Program-made: the position numbers and the translations under genes
Part shown: in pieces, positions 39,943 to 52,055 of the stretch
How the letters are laid out: each line of letters begins with the position of its first letter
Numbering within the stretch: the first letter of the stretch is position 1
Assembly (NCBI GenBank): GCA_963716255.1
Contig: OY970303.1
Coordinates: 6,080,001-6,144,000, forward strand
DNA length: 64,000 nt
Direction of reading: 5' to 3'
DNA from: an uncultured Gemmatimonadales bacterium
GTDB lineage: Bacteria; Gemmatimonadota; Gemmatimonadetes; Longimicrobiales; Longimicrobiaceae
Notes under the pieces: generated by a model
Database searches by the model: none
Seen by the model: the letters and a program-made list of their open reading frames with translations, nothing else
Told to the model about the DNA's origin: nothing

Positions 39943-40425
39943 TCAGGAGGCTGCCGTCCGCTCCGAGGCGAGGCGGACGGCCTCCACGATGTTCTGGTAG
40001 CCCGTGCAGCGGCAGAGGTTGCCGGAGATGGCCTCGCGGATCTCCTGCTCGCTGGGGGCGGGGTTGTCGCGGAGAAAGGGGACCAGCGTCATCAGGAACC
40101 CCGGCGTGCAGAAGCCGCACTGCAGGCCGTGGGCGTCGCGGAAGGCTTCCTGGAGCGGGTGGAGCGGGCCCTCGGCGGGGGCCAGCCCCTCCACGGTGCT
40201 CAGCTCGTGCCCGTCGGCCTGCACGGCGAAGACCAGGCAGGAGCGCACGCTCTCGCCGTCCATCAGCACCGTGCAGGCGCCGCAGACGCCGTGCTCGCAC
40301 CCCACGTGCGTGCCGGTGAGGCCGATCTCGTGCCGCAGGAAGTCGCTGAGGAGGAGGCGGGGCTCCACGGCGCGCTGGTAGGTCGCGCCGTTGACGGCCA
40401 CCGAGATGTCGACGGGGAGGGTCAC
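39943..40425 (-). CDS. 2x[2Fe-2S] subunit (CoxS-like)
   Basis: GCEHGVCGAC, QCGFCTPG and NLCRCTGY motifs. Confidence 0.95.
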   Translation of the reverse strand: MTLPVDISVAVNGATYQRAVEPRLLLSDFLRHEIGLTGTHVGCEHGVCGACTVLMDGESVRSCLVFAVQADGHELSTVEGLAPAEGPLHPLQEAFRDAHGLQCGFCTPGFLMTLVPFLRDNPAPSEQEIREAISGNLCRCTGYQNIVEAVRLASERTAAS

Positions 40426-40546
40426 GGGCGCCGAGCTCCGTGGCGAGGGAAAGTGCGGCCCGGGCCGGGCGGGGGAACAGGTGATAGGGGTAGAGTAGTG
40501 CCGTCCCCCGGGCCCGGCAAGAAACTCCGCGGGTGCAGGGCCGCGG

Positions 40547-42154
40547 CTACGGGTTCTTCGCTTCGGTGACCATCCGCTCCACGTCCGCCAGCAGGCGCTT
40601 CGCGTCGTACACGATCCCGTCCTTGATGGTGTACTTCACTCCGCCCACCGTGGTGGGCCGGTTGGTGGCGTCGTCCAGGCGGAAGTGCCCGGTGCCGTAC
40701 AGCACCTTGAGGTTGTTCACCGGGTTCTGGTCCACGATCACCAGGTCCGCCAGCATCCCCGGGCGGATCATGCCGAACTCCGGGGCGCGCCCCCTGGGCC
40801 GGCTCAATTCCTCGGCGCCGCACAGGGTGCCGGCGCGGATCGCCTCCAGCGGGTGGAAGCCCGCCTCCTGGAGCAGTTCCAGCTCGCGGATGAAGCCGAA
40901 ACCGTACAGCTGGAAGATGAACCCCGAGTCCGACCCCGCGCACACCTGCCCGCCGCGGTTCTTGAAGTCGTTCACGAACGCCATCCACAGGCGGTAGTTC
41001 TCGCGCCAGTCGATCTCGTTCTGCGTGGTCCAGTCGAACCAGTAGGAGCCGTGCGCCTCGCGGCTGGGCTGGTAGAACGCCCACAGCGACGGCAGCGTGT
41101 ACCGGTCGTGCCACTCGGCGCGGCGGGCGCGCATCAGGTCGCGGCTGGCCTCGTAGATGTTGAAGGTGGGGTCGATGACGAAGCCCAGCTTCACCAGCTC
41201 GTCGATGGTTTCGTTCCAGCGCGGGCTCCCCGGCGCCGCGGCCTGCCTCCACAGGCGCCCCGCCTCGCCGAAGCGGTGCGACTCGTCCAGGAAGTTGTAG
41301 TCCAGCGGGTACTCCTGCACCCGCCGGTCGGTGAAGAGCGACTCCGGGAGGCCGTACCAGTGCTGGAGCGACCCCAGCCCCACCCGCGCCGCGTCCAGCG
41401 CGTTCATCCGCGCCACCCCCGTCTGCGCCAGGTGCGCCGTGGTGCCGATGTGCTGCTTCCTCGCCTCGTCGATCAGCGCCGTCATCACCTCGGGGTCGTA
41501 GTACTGGCCCAGCCCCAGCTTGAGCCCGTCCACCCCCCGCCGCGCCGCCCAGCGCACGTACTCCCGCGCCAGCTCCGGCGAGGTCACGGCCCCGCGGTCC
41601 CACCCCAGCCCCGGGACCACGTACGAGAAGATGCGCGGCGCCACGATCTGGTTGCGCGCGCTCCGCTCCCGCTCGCGCAGCGTCCAGTCCACCCCGTTCC
41701 CGGAGCCCGGGTCGCGGATCGTGGTGATGCCGTGCGCCAGCCACAGCTTGTACACGTACTCCGCCGGCGTCCCCTGCGCCACGCCGCCGATGTGTCCGTG
41801 AACGTCCACGAACCCCGGGAGCACGTACATCCCCGTGGCGTCGATCTCGCGCGTTCCCGCGGCCGGGCGCCCCTGCGGCCGCACCGGCACCCCGGGGAAG
41901 CCCACGATGTCGAAGTCCGCGATGCGGTTCCCCTCCACCACGATGTCCACCGGGCCCAGCGGCGGCGCGCCCGTGCCGTCGATCAGCGTGGCGCCGCGGA
42001 TCACCAGCCGCGCGTAGGGGCCCTCCCCCTCGCCGGGGCGGCGGTCGGGCGCGGGCCGGATCGCGCTCTGCGCCGCGAGCGGCGCGGCGTGCGCGGAGGC
42101 GAGCAGGGCGAGGGCGGCGGCGAGCAGGGTCCGGCGAGCGGCGAGCGGCGGCAT
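40547..42154 (-). CDS. Secreted amidohydrolase-superfamily protein
   Basis: Signal peptide; PGFVDVHGH, GITTIRDPG, AGSD and ADLVIV motifs. Confidence 0.88.
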   Translation of the reverse strand: MPPLAARRTLLAAALALLASAHAAPLAAQSAIRPAPDRRPGEGEGPYARLVIRGATLIDGTGAPPLGPVDIVVEGNRIADFDIVGFPGVPVRPQGRPAAGTREIDATGMYVLPGFVDVHGHIGGVAQGTPAEYVYKLWLAHGITTIRDPGSGNGVDWTLRERERSARNQIVAPRIFSYVVPGLGWDRGAVTSPELAREYVRWAARRGVDGLKLGLGQYYDPEVMTALIDEARKQHIGTTAHLAQTGVARMNALDAARVGLGSLQHWYGLPESLFTDRRVQEYPLDYNFLDESHRFGEAGRLWRQAAAPGSPRWNETIDELVKLGFVIDPTFNIYEASRDLMRARRAEWHDRYTLPSLWAFYQPSREAHGSYWFDWTTQNEIDWRENYRLWMAFVNDFKNRGGQVCAGSDSGFIFQLYGFGFIRELELLQEAGFHPLEAIRAGTLCGAEELSRPRGRAPEFGMIRPGMLADLVIVDQNPVNNLKVLYGTGHFRLDDATNRPTTVGGVKYTIKDGIVYDAKRLLADVERMVTEAKNP

Positions 42155-42420
42155 CGATCCTCCGGTGACCGAATCAGGGGGCGAGCGACGGCGGAGCGGA
42201 ACGGACGGGCAGAATAAGACGAAAAAGGCGAAACGGAAAGCGGGGCAGCGCGCGATTCGGTCGGGCCCATTCACCCCGGCCGGGAGCAGAGAGCGGATCC
42301 GCTGAATCGCAGGACCGAGCTGGACCGCGAACGCGTCGCCGCCATCCACGAGCTTCCCGCCGCGGCTGCACCGGACCGCGTGAGACGATCCACTCGCGCT
42401 TGCCGTTTTTAAATTGGCGC

Positions 42421-42440
42421 AAATCATGCGTGTATGATTT
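42421..42440. promoter_or_regulatory. Inverted repeat in a divergent promoter region
   Basis: AAATCAT-N6-ATGATTT within a locally AT-rich tract. Confidence 0.45.
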
Positions 42441-42510
42441 TGTCGGCAAATACGCCGGCTCCGGTCTTGAGCAGCGGCTGCTGCCTCGAATTCCTCCCCC
42501 GGAGGTCCCC

Positions 42511-43035
42511 ATGGGTTCCCTCGTCACCCGTTCGGTTCGCTCGGTGCTCGTGCTTGCCGTGCTCGCCGCGGCCGCATGCTCTGATTCCGGGCGAAGCATC
42601 TCCGGCGCCGAGCCGGTCGGCCCCGCGGCAGCCGGCAAGGCAAAGCCCACCGAGATCACGGTGTCGGCCAGCTCCTACCTGTGCGGGACGCTCTACGGAT
42701 CCGGCTTCACCATCAGCCCCTACTGCACGGGCGGGCCGTTCGGCGGCTTCCAGAGCACGACGGGAACGGGCTACCAGAACAGCATCTACATCTACTTCAG
42801 CTCCCCGGTGAGCTCGGTGACGCTGACCGCGCTGGATCCCGACTACTACGCGAACTTCATCACCGCGTACGACGGCTACGGCAACCCGGTCGACTACAAG
42901 GAGTTCGCCTACGACAACGCACCCGGGACCTTCACCACCTCCACGCGTACGGTCAGCGGCTCCGGGATCACCATGATCGCCCTGACGCCGAACTCGCTGG
43001 ACTACATCGCCTACGACAACCTCAGCTTCTACTGA
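42511..43035 (+). CDS. Hypothetical lipoprotein (Tyr/Ser/Thr-rich beta domain)
   Basis: GGAGG RBS, LAAAAC lipobox and strong C-ending codon bias. Confidence 0.75.
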   Translation: MGSLVTRSVRSVLVLAVLAAAACSDSGRSISGAEPVGPAAAGKAKPTEITVSASSYLCGTLYGSGFTISPYCTGGPFGGFQSTTGTGYQNSIYIYFSSPVSSVTLTALDPDYYANFITAYDGYGNPVDYKEFAYDNAPGTFTTSTRTVSGSGITMIALTPNSLDYIAYDNLSFY

Positions 43036-43069
43036 TCCCTGAAGTCCTGCCGGGAAGAGAGTCGGGCGA

Positions 43070-43103
43070 GGAGGGGCGCACCGCCGCGGCGGTGCGCCCC
43101 TCC
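43070..43103. terminator. GC hairpin after the lipoprotein gene
   Basis: ggaggggcgcaccgcc-gc-ggcggtgcgcccctcc. Confidence 0.5.
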
Positions 43104-43206
43104 GCCGTCTGTCCCGCGGCGCCGCTCTTGCCAGGGCGGTGGGGAATCGATATCACCAGGCGCGCCCCGTACCCGCGCCAAGTCCCGTCCCGCGCATCCC
43201 GGCCCC

Positions 43207-43977
43207 GTGTCTTCAAACGATCCCGATCCCCGCCCGGACTGGTGGGCGGACTACTTCGACCGCGAGTTCGTCCGCATCTACCGCGACTTCCTCACCCCCG
43301 AGCGCACCGCGCGCGAGGTGGAGGGGATCCTGGAGATGCTGGAGCTGGCGGAGGGAGCGCGCGTGCTGGACCTGGCCTGCGGGTGGGGGCGGCACTCCAT
43401 CGAGCTGGCGCGCGCCGGCTTCCGCGTCACCGGGCTGGACTTCTCGGAAACGCTGCTGGCGCGGGCGCGCAAGCGCGCCGGGGCGGCCGGCGTGGAGGTG
43501 GAGTGGACCCGCGGCGACATGCGCGAGGTGGGACGGACGGCCGAGTTCGACGCGGTGCTGTCGCTGTACTCGTCGCTCGGCTACTTCCTGTCCGACGACG
43601 AGGACCTACGCGTGCTCCGCGGCGCCCGCGAGGCGCTGCGGCCAGGCGGGCTCCTGCTGCTGGAGACCATGCACCGCGACCACGTGCTGGGCGACTACGC
43701 CGACCGCGACTGGTGGGAGACGGCCGACGGCGCCACGGTGTGGGTGGAGCGCGAGTTCGACGCGGTGGAAGGCGTGAGCCGCGAGTGGCTGCGCTGGCGC
43801 AGGGGCGAGGACGCGGGCGAAAAGTTCCACGCGCTGCGCATCCGCACCGCCACCGAGTGGGACGCCCTGCTGCGGGCCGCGGGGCTGGAGCCGCTGGAGT
43901 GGTACGGCGACTGGGAGCTGGCGCCGTTCACCCACACCTCGGAAGTGCTCATCGTGGCGGCGCGCAGGCCGTCCTGA
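43207..43977 (+). CDS. Class I SAM-dependent methyltransferase
   Basis: [20 protein letters not shown] and LRPGG motifs. Confidence 0.92.
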   Translation: MSSNDPDPRPDWWADYFDREFVRIYRDFLTPERTAREVEGILEMLELAEGARVLDLACGWGRHSIELARAGFRVTGLDFSETLLARARKRAGAAGVEVEWTRGDMREVGRTAEFDAVLSLYSSLGYFLSDDEDLRVLRGAREALRPGGLLLLETMHRDHVLGDYADRDWWETADGATVWVEREFDAVEGVSREWLRWRRGEDAGEKFHALRIRTATEWDALLRAAGLEPLEWYGDWELAPFTHTSEVLIVAARRPS

Positions 43978-44083
43978 CGGGGCGCCCCCTCGCTTGCCGC
44001 CCTTCCGGGGCACTGGTATGTTGTACCGTTTCCCGCCGGGAGCGGGAAGGTGCGCCACAGTATCATTTTCGACCCTCGAAACG

Positions 44084-44512
44084 ATGCCTGAACGGAAGAT
44101 CCGCGTCCTGGTCGGCAAGCCCGGGCTGGACGGCCACGACCGCGGCGCCAAGGTGATCGCCGCCGCCCTGCGCGACGCGGGGATGGAGGTGATCTACACG
44201 GGGCTCCACCAGACCCCGGAGATGATCGTCGCCGCCGCGATCCAGGAGGACGTGGACGTGGTGGCCATGTCCATCCTCTCGGGCGCGCACATGACGCTCT
44301 TCCCGCGCGTCCGCGAGCTGCTGGAGGCCGAGGGCGCCGACCACATCCTCCTCACCGGCGGCGGGATCATCCCCGAGGAGGACATGGAGGCGCTCCGGTC
44401 GCAGGGGATCGGGCGGCTCTTCGGCCCCGGCACTCCCACCTCCGCGGCCGTGGAGTACATCCGCTCCTGGTTCGCCGAGAACGGCCGCGACCGCGAGCTG
44501 GCGCAGTCGTGA
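44084..44512 (+). CDS. Cobalamin-binding small subunit of acyl-CoA mutase (IcmB/McmA2-like)
   Basis: [12 protein letters not shown] (DxHxxG), SILSGAH and GGGIIP motifs. Confidence 0.93.
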   Translation: MPERKIRVLVGKPGLDGHDRGAKVIAAALRDAGMEVIYTGLHQTPEMIVAAAIQEDVDVVAMSILSGAHMTLFPRVRELLEAEGADHILLTGGGIIPEEDMEALRSQGIGRLFGPGTPTSAAVEYIRSWFAENGRDRELAQS

Positions 44513-46152
44513 GCAGCGCCGTGGGAGAGAAGCCCGCGGCCGCGCACGGCGCCGGCCGGGCGGAAGCGCTCGTCGGCGAGCTGCGCGAGCTGGAGGCGCG
44601 GCTCCGCGAGGGCGGGGGCGCGAAGCGCATCGCCAAGCAGCACGCGGACGGCAAGCTGACGGCCCGCGAGCGCATCGGCCTGCTGCTGGACCCGCGCACG
44701 CGCTTCCAGGAGGTGGGGCTGCTGGTGGCGTACGACCGCTACGAGGGGCAGGCGCCCGCGGCGGGGGTGGTGACCGGCTTCGGGACGGTGGCCGGGCGCG
44801 AGGTGGTGGTGGTCGCCAACGACGCCACCGTCAAGGCGGGCTCCTGGTGGCCGGAGACCATCACCAAGATCCTGCGGGCGCAGGAGATCGCCATGCGCTG
44901 CCGGGTGCCCATCGTGTACCTGGTGGACTCGGCGGGCGTCAACCTGCCGTACCAGGGCGGCGTCTTCCCGGGCCAGTACGGCGCGTCGCGCATCTTCTAC
45001 TACAACTCCATCATGCGGCGCTACCTCAAGGTGCCGCAGATCGCCGCCGTCATGGGGCCGTGCATCGCCGGGGGGGCGTACCTCCCGGCGCTCTCGGACG
45101 TCATCCTGATGGTGGAGGGGACCTCGTTCATGGGGCTGGGCGGGCCCAACCTGGTGAAGGGGGCCACCGGGCAGACCACGGACAGCGAGACGCTGGGCGG
45201 TGCCTGGACGCACAACGCCATCTCCGGGGTGGCCCACTACCGGGTCCGCGACGACCGCGCCTGCATCGGCAGGATCCGCGAGCTGGTGAAGGAGCTGCCG
45301 CGCCAGGGCAGCGCGCTCCAGCTCCGCGAGCCGGCGCCGCCCGCACGCCCCGAGCGCGACCTGTACGCCCTGCTCCCCGAGGACCATCGCCAGCCGTACG
45401 AGATGCGCGAGGTGATGCGCTGCATCCTGGACGGCGGCGACATGGACGAGTTCCAGGCGGACTACGCGCCGGAGATGATCTGCGGCACCGCCCGCGTCCA
45501 GGGGATCCCGGTGGGCGTCATCGCCAACGCGCGGGGGATGCTCAAGGACCCGCACGGCGGGCGCCCCAAGTTCGGCGGCATCGTCTACGCCGACAGCGCG
45601 GACAAGGTGGCGTACTTCATCGAGACGCTGAACCGCCACGGCACGCCCATCCTCTTCCTCCAGGACGTGTCCGGCTTCATGGTGGGGACGGACGCCGAGC
45701 ACAGCGGCATCATCCGCTCCGGCGCGCGCTTCGTGGAGGCCATGGCCACGGCCACGGTGCCCAAGCTGGTGCTGACGCTCAACCACGCCTCCGGGGCGGG
45801 GTACTACGCCATGGCGGGGCAGGGCTTCGACCCCGACTTCATCTTCACCTGGCCCACCGGCCGGATGGGGGTGATGGAGGGCGACTCCGCCGTCATGGCG
45901 CTCTTCAGCACGCAGCTGGACGAGCTCAAGCGCGGGGGGAAGCAGCCGGACGCCGAGCTCCAGGGGAAGATCGACGCCGTGCGCGCCGACTACGACCGCC
46001 AGCTCGACGCCAAGCACGCCGCCGCGCGCGGCTTCGTGGACGCGGTGGTGTGCCCCGAGGACACCCGGGCGGCGCTCGGGCTGGCGCTGCGCACCTCGAT
46101 CAACAACCCCGGACCCCATCTCGGGGCCTTTGTCCTGCCCCCGATCCCGTGA
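44509..46152 (+). CDS. Acyl-CoA carboxylase beta (carboxyltransferase) subunit
   Basis: [32 protein letters not shown] and QDVSGFMVG motifs. Confidence 0.93.
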   Translation: MSSAVGEKPAAAHGAGRAEALVGELRELEARLREGGGAKRIAKQHADGKLTARERIGLLLDPRTRFQEVGLLVAYDRYEGQAPAAGVVTGFGTVAGREVVVVANDATVKAGSWWPETITKILRAQEIAMRCRVPIVYLVDSAGVNLPYQGGVFPGQYGASRIFYYNSIMRRYLKVPQIAAVMGPCIAGGAYLPALSDVILMVEGTSFMGLGGPNLVKGATGQTTDSETLGGAWTHNAISGVAHYRVRDDRACIGRIRELVKELPRQGSALQLREPAPPARPERDLYALLPEDHRQPYEMREVMRCILDGGDMDEFQADYAPEMICGTARVQGIPVGVIANARGMLKDPHGGRPKFGGIVYADSADKVAYFIETLNRHGTPILFLQDVSGFMVGTDAEHSGIIRSGARFVEAMATATVPKLVLTLNHASGAGYYAMAGQGFDPDFIFTWPTGRMGVMEGDSAVMALFSTQLDELKRGGKQPDAELQGKIDAVRADYDRQLDAKHAAARGFVDAVVCPEDTRAALGLALRTSINNPGPHLGAFVLPPIP

Positions 46153-46189
46153 GGGGCCGGGGACTGAGCGCGCGAAGCGTGCGAAGCCC

Positions 46190-46237
46190 CCGGGGCCGCA
46201 CCTGGGCGCCTTCGTGCTGCCGCCGCACCTGACGTGA
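46190..46237 (+). pseudogene. Second, diverged copy of the carboxyltransferase 3' end ([15 protein letters not shown])
   Basis: Encodes the same 12 residues as 46108-46143 using different codons. Confidence 0.75.
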
Positions 46238-46247
46238 GGAGGTCCGC

Positions 46248-46811
46248 ATGGCCGTGCATTTCGCCCAACCCTACCAGTTCACCGCCGACGAATACACGCG
46301 CATGGCGGCCGAAGGGATCATTCCCGCCGGCGCACGGGTCGAGCTGATCGACGGGGAGATCATCGAGATGAGCCCCATCGGCAGCCGCCACAACGCGTTC
46401 GTCGACCGGCTGACGCGGATCCTGGTCACGAGGCTGGGCGAAGCGGCCATCGTGCGCGTACAGGGCTCCATCCGGCTGGGCGAGAAGGTGGTTCCGCAGC
46501 CGGACTTCACGGTCCTGCGTCCGCGCGCCGACTTCTACGAAGACGACCTCCCCGGCCCGGCCGACGTGGTGCTCGTCGTGGAGGTGGCCGACAGCTCCCT
46601 GTCGTACGACCGCAGCGAGAAGTCGCGTCTGTACGCCCGCTACGGCATTCCTGAATACTGGCTGCTGGACCTGGTCCAGAACACGGTCCTCGTGCATTCG
46701 GAACCGGGCCCCGTGGCCTACCAGCACGTCGAGATCCGCAACCGCGACGACGTCTGGAATTCGCACTCGCTGCCCGACCTCCGTGTTGGCGGCGCGGAAA
46801 TCCTGGGATAA
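46248..46811 (+). CDS. Uma2-family endonuclease
   Basis: ELIDGEI, PQPDF, VVEVADSS and YARYGIPEYW motifs. Confidence 0.9.
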   Translation: MAVHFAQPYQFTADEYTRMAAEGIIPAGARVELIDGEIIEMSPIGSRHNAFVDRLTRILVTRLGEAAIVRVQGSIRLGEKVVPQPDFTVLRPRADFYEDDLPGPADVVLVVEVADSSLSYDRSEKSRLYARYGIPEYWLLDLVQNTVLVHSEPGPVAYQHVEIRNRDDVWNSHSLPDLRVGGAEILG

Positions 46812-48188
46812 ATGGCCAAAGACAAGATCCGCATCGCTTCCGGGCAGGGCTTCTGGGGCGACCAGCTGGACGCCCCCAAGCAGCAGGTCGAGGGCGGCCC
46901 GATCGACTACCTGATGCTCGACTACCTGGCCAAGGTCACCATGTCGATCATGCAGAAGCAGCGCTCGCGCAACCCGCAGGCGGGGTACGCGCGCGACTTC
47001 GTGCCGCTGATGGGCGACATCCTCCCCGCCGTGGTGGAGCGCGGCATCCACGTGGTCGCCAACGCCGGCGGCGTGAACCCGCAGGGGTGCCGCGACGCCG
47101 TGGTGGAGGAGGCCCGGAAGGCCGGGCTCGGCGGGCGGGCGCGCATCGGGATGATCTCCGGCGACGACATCCTGGAGCGCCTCCCCGACCTGCTGGAGCG
47201 CGGCGTGGAGCTCCGGAACATGGAGACCGGCGAGCCGCTCTCCACCGTCATGGACCGCGTGCAGAGCGCCAACGCCTACATCGGCGCGCGGCCCATCGTG
47301 GAAGCGCTGCGGCAGGACGCCCACGTGGTCATCACCGGTCGTTCCACCGACACGGCGCTCACCTACGCGCCCATGATCCACGAGTTCGGCTGGTCGTACG
47401 ACGACTACGACCGCATGGCCGCCGGCGTGGTCGCCGGGCACATCAACGAGTGCGGCGCCCAGGCCTCCGGCGGCAACTGCCTGGTGGACTGGCGCGGCAT
47501 CCGCGACCTGGCCGGCATCGGCTACCCCATCATCGAGGCGTACCCGGACGGCTCCTTCGTGGTCACCAAGCACGAGGGCACCGGCGGCTGCGTGACGCTC
47601 CCCAGCGTCAAGGAGCAGCTGGTGTACGAGATGGGCAACCCGCGCAGCTACATCACCCCGGACGTGGTGGCCGACTTCACCACCATCCGCCTGGAGCGCG
47701 AGGCCAAGGACCGGGTGCGCGTGTACGGCGTGAAGGGGCAGCACGCCACCGACATGCTCAAGGTCAGCATCGCCTACGCGGACGGCTACAAGGCCGTGGG
47801 CACGCTGGTGTACGCCTGGCCGGACGCCGTGGAGAAGGCGCAGGCCGCCGACCGCGTCCTCCGCGAGCGGCTGGACCGCCTGGGGCTGAAGTTCGACGAA
47901 GTGCTCACCGAGTACGTGGGCTGGAACGCCACCCACGGCCCGCTCGCCGGCCCCATCCCCGCCGACCTTCCGGAGGTGACGGTGCGCTGGGGCGTGCGCG
48001 GCCAGGACCGGGCCGCCGTGGAGCGCTTCACCAAGGAGATCGCGCCGCTGGTGCTCGCCGGGCCGCCCTCCGTGACCGGCTTCGCGGGCGGGCGTCCGGC
48101 GGTGCAGGAGATCATGGCCTACTGGCCGGCCCTGATCCCCAAGACCGAGATCGAGCCGCACCTGGAGGTGGAGGTGGTGACGGCGTAG
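46812..48188 (+). CDS. Acyclic terpene utilization AtuA-family protein (DUF1446)
   Basis: GFWGD, NAGGVNP, SANAYIG, GHINECG, EQLVYE and [10 protein letters not shown] motifs. Confidence 0.9.
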   Translation: MAKDKIRIASGQGFWGDQLDAPKQQVEGGPIDYLMLDYLAKVTMSIMQKQRSRNPQAGYARDFVPLMGDILPAVVERGIHVVANAGGVNPQGCRDAVVEEARKAGLGGRARIGMISGDDILERLPDLLERGVELRNMETGEPLSTVMDRVQSANAYIGARPIVEALRQDAHVVITGRSTDTALTYAPMIHEFGWSYDDYDRMAAGVVAGHINECGAQASGGNCLVDWRGIRDLAGIGYPIIEAYPDGSFVVTKHEGTGGCVTLPSVKEQLVYEMGNPRSYITPDVVADFTTIRLEREAKDRVRVYGVKGQHATDMLKVSIAYADGYKAVGTLVYAWPDAVEKAQAADRVLRERLDRLGLKFDEVLTEYVGWNATHGPLAGPIPADLPEVTVRWGVRGQDRAAVERFTKEIAPLVLAGPPSVTGFAGGRPAVQEIMAYWPALIPKTEIEPHLEVEVVTA

Positions 48189-48214
48189 CCGTTTGCCGCT
48201 TCGTCGGTTCTGGT

Positions 48215-48356
48215 GGGCCGCTCCGGAGCCGGACGATACGGCCGTCCGTCTCCTGCGCGGGCTCCGGGAGCCCCGGGAAACTGCCCCGGGTCTCCCTACG
48301 CCGGGGGGAGCCTCGCACAGTGCCTCTGAACTGCGGCACCGGCGAGTCTCCCCCCG
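48215..48356 (+). repeat. Structured element family B, copy 1 (three GAG..TCTC hairpin modules)
   Basis: Homologous to 63766-63893; contains gagccggacg-atacggc-cgtccgtctc and gagccccggg-aaactgc-cccgggtctc. Confidence 0.85.
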
Positions 48357-48390
48357 AACAGCTCGTGGGAACTGCAGGAACTGCGACACC

Positions 48391-48427
48391 GCAAGGTGTG
48401 CACCGGCGGAGCCGGTGCACACCTTGC
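48391..48427. terminator. Perfect hairpin
   Basis: gcaaggtgtgcaccggc-gga-gccggtgcacaccttgc. Confidence 0.5.
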
Positions 48428-48442
48428 GTCTCGCGCTCAACC

Positions 48443-48578
48443 CGCGTGAGGGATTTCGGCCCGAAGGGGCGAGACCCCGCGGCAGTTTGCGGGGGCTCGA
48501 CTCCGTTGCAGACGGTTGTTTCGTATGCTACGGAGCCGAAGCCCGACCCCGGCGTCAGCCGGGGGCACGCCCGAACCC
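48443..48578 (-). repeat. Family A element, copy 8 (reverse)
   Basis: Reverse-complement scaffold, stem gcatacg/cgtctgc. Confidence 0.9.
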
Positions 48579-48621
48579 GTCGTTCAGGCCGTCAAAAGCC
48601 GGTATCGGACTTACAAGACGA

Positions 48622-49533
48622 ATGCGGATCACCTTTCTCGGGACAGCAGCGGCACGCCCCACCGTGGGGCGCAACGTTTCCTCCATCGTCGTCCAGCGCG
48701 AGGGCGACGTGATGATGTTCGACTGCGGCGAGGGCACGCAGCGCCAGATGATGCGCTACGGGACCGGCTTCGCCCTGCGCGAGATCTTCTTCACCCACCT
48801 GCACGCCGACCACTTCCTGGGCGTCATCGGGCTGCTGCGCACCATGGGGCTGCAGGCGCGCGAGGAGCCCATCGACCTGTGGACCCCCCGCGGCACCGAG
48901 GCCACCCTGAAGCAGGCCGTGGAGCTGGGCGTGGAGCGCGTCCCCTTCACGGTGAACATCAACGGCCTGGAGGCGGGCGAGGCGGTGGACCGCGGCGCCT
49001 ACGCCGTCGTCCCCTTCCGCACGCAGCACGCGGGGCGCAGCCTGGGCTACGCGGTGGTGGAGCACGACCGGCTGGGGCGCTTCGATGCCGGCAAGGCGCG
49101 GGAGATGGGAATCCCCGAGGGGCCGCTGTGGGGGAAGCTGCACCACGGCGAGGCGGTGGAGGTGGACGGGCGCGTCTTCCGCGCGGAGGACCTGGTGGGG
49201 CCCCCGCGCCCCGGCCGCCGCGTGGTGTACAGCGGCGACACCCGCCCCTGCGGCCCGGTGCGCGAGGCCGCCGCCGGCGCCGACCTGCTGATCCACGAGG
49301 CCACCTTCGCCCAGGACGAGGCCGACCGCGCCCAGGCGACCGGGCACTCCACCGCGCGCGATGCCGCCGAGGTCGCCGCGCAGGCCGGGGCGCTGCGCCT
49401 GTGCCTGACGCACTTCTCGCCGCGCTACGCCGACGACCCGCGCATCCTGGAGCGCGAGGCGCGCGCCGTGTTCCCCGAGGTCGCCACCGCCTACGACGGG
49501 CTCGTGCTGGAGATCCCGTACCGGGACGGCTGA
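48622..49533 (+). CDS. rnz: Ribonuclease Z
   Basis: FLGT, FDCGEGTQ, THLHADH, GP exosite, SGDT, HEATF, HST and THFS motifs. Confidence 0.95.
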   Translation: MRITFLGTAAARPTVGRNVSSIVVQREGDVMMFDCGEGTQRQMMRYGTGFALREIFFTHLHADHFLGVIGLLRTMGLQAREEPIDLWTPRGTEATLKQAVELGVERVPFTVNINGLEAGEAVDRGAYAVVPFRTQHAGRSLGYAVVEHDRLGRFDAGKAREMGIPEGPLWGKLHHGEAVEVDGRVFRAEDLVGPPRPGRRVVYSGDTRPCGPVREAAAGADLLIHEATFAQDEADRAQATGHSTARDAAEVAAQAGALRLCLTHFSPRYADDPRILEREARAVFPEVATAYDGLVLEIPYRDG

Positions 49534-49668
49534 GCAGGGGGCCCCGCGCGGACCGGCGGGTCTGGCAGTCCGGCTGTCGATCTGGCCGGCGGGGAGCCGC
49601 GGAGCCTGCCCTTTGGGCCGGACCGGCGGGCACGTGGCGTGCAGCGGTCCCCCGACCGTGAGCGCCCC

Positions 49669-49697
49669 TTGACACTGCCGGCGCGGCGCCCCAATTT
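49669..49697 (+). promoter_or_regulatory. Sigma70-type promoter of groESL
   Basis: TTGACA-N17-CAATTT directly upstream of CIRCE. Confidence 0.65.
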
Positions 49698-49706
49698 GCC
49701 ACTTCG

Positions 49707-49733
49707 TTAGCACTCGGCGATGGTGAGTGCTAA
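49707..49733. promoter_or_regulatory. CIRCE element (HrcA operator)
   Basis: Perfect TTAGCACTC-N9-GAGTGCTAA. Confidence 0.97.
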
Positions 49734-49776
49734 CAGGCGTTACCCAACCCATCCAGATACCGGAGGATCCAGATCT

Positions 49777-50082
49777 ATGGCCACCGCGACAGACGTGAAG
49801 GTGAAGCCGCTCTCGGACCGTGTCGTCGTCAAGGCGACGGAGGAGACCGAGCAGATGCGGGGCGGGCTGTACATCCCCGACACGGCCAAGGAGAAGCCGC
49901 AGCAGGGCGAGGTCATCGCCGTCGGGCCCGGCAAGGTGAGCGACGACGGCACGCGCATCGAGCCCGAGGTCAAGGTCGGCGACAAGGTGCTCTACGGGAA
50001 GTACAGCGGCACCGAGGTGACCATCGACGGCGAGCAGTACCTGATCCTTCGCGAGTCGGACGTCCTCGCCATCGTCGGCTGA
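49777..50082 (+). CDS. groES: Co-chaperonin GroES
   Basis: [23 protein letters not shown] and VKVGDKV motifs. Confidence 0.97.
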   Translation: MATATDVKVKPLSDRVVVKATEETEQMRGGLYIPDTAKEKPQQGEVIAVGPGKVSDDGTRIEPEVKVGDKVLYGKYSGTEVTIDGEQYLILRESDVLAIVG

Positions 50083-50135
50083 GCACGAGGCTCCATCCGG
50101 TACCGGTCAAGCTCATCTCACTCACCAGGAGTTAA

Positions 50136-51788
<1,653 letters not shown>

Positions 51789-52055
51789 GCCGCGAGGCTC
51801 GGCAGGGGGCGGAGGCGCGAGCCTCCGCCCTCCCCGGCGGCCCCGCTCCCTCCTCGCGAGGGGGCGGGGCCGCCTGCGTATGCGCCCGCGCACGGCCGGC
51901 GGATCGCGCAGGACGCCGTTCGGGACAATCATCTTGACCGGGTCTTCCGCCGGATGCAATGTGCAGACGAGGTTCGCTCGCCGGGGCTCGTCCCCGGCGC
52001 CCGCAGTTCCAGGTCGGGTCTGCGGTCCCGGCCACCCCGTCGAGGAGGAGACGCA

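Noticed and set aside
4691..48620. Recurrent ORF peptides such as [10 protein letters not shown] / [16 protein letters not shown]
   Set aside because: These are translations of the family A repeat in several frames, not a protein family.
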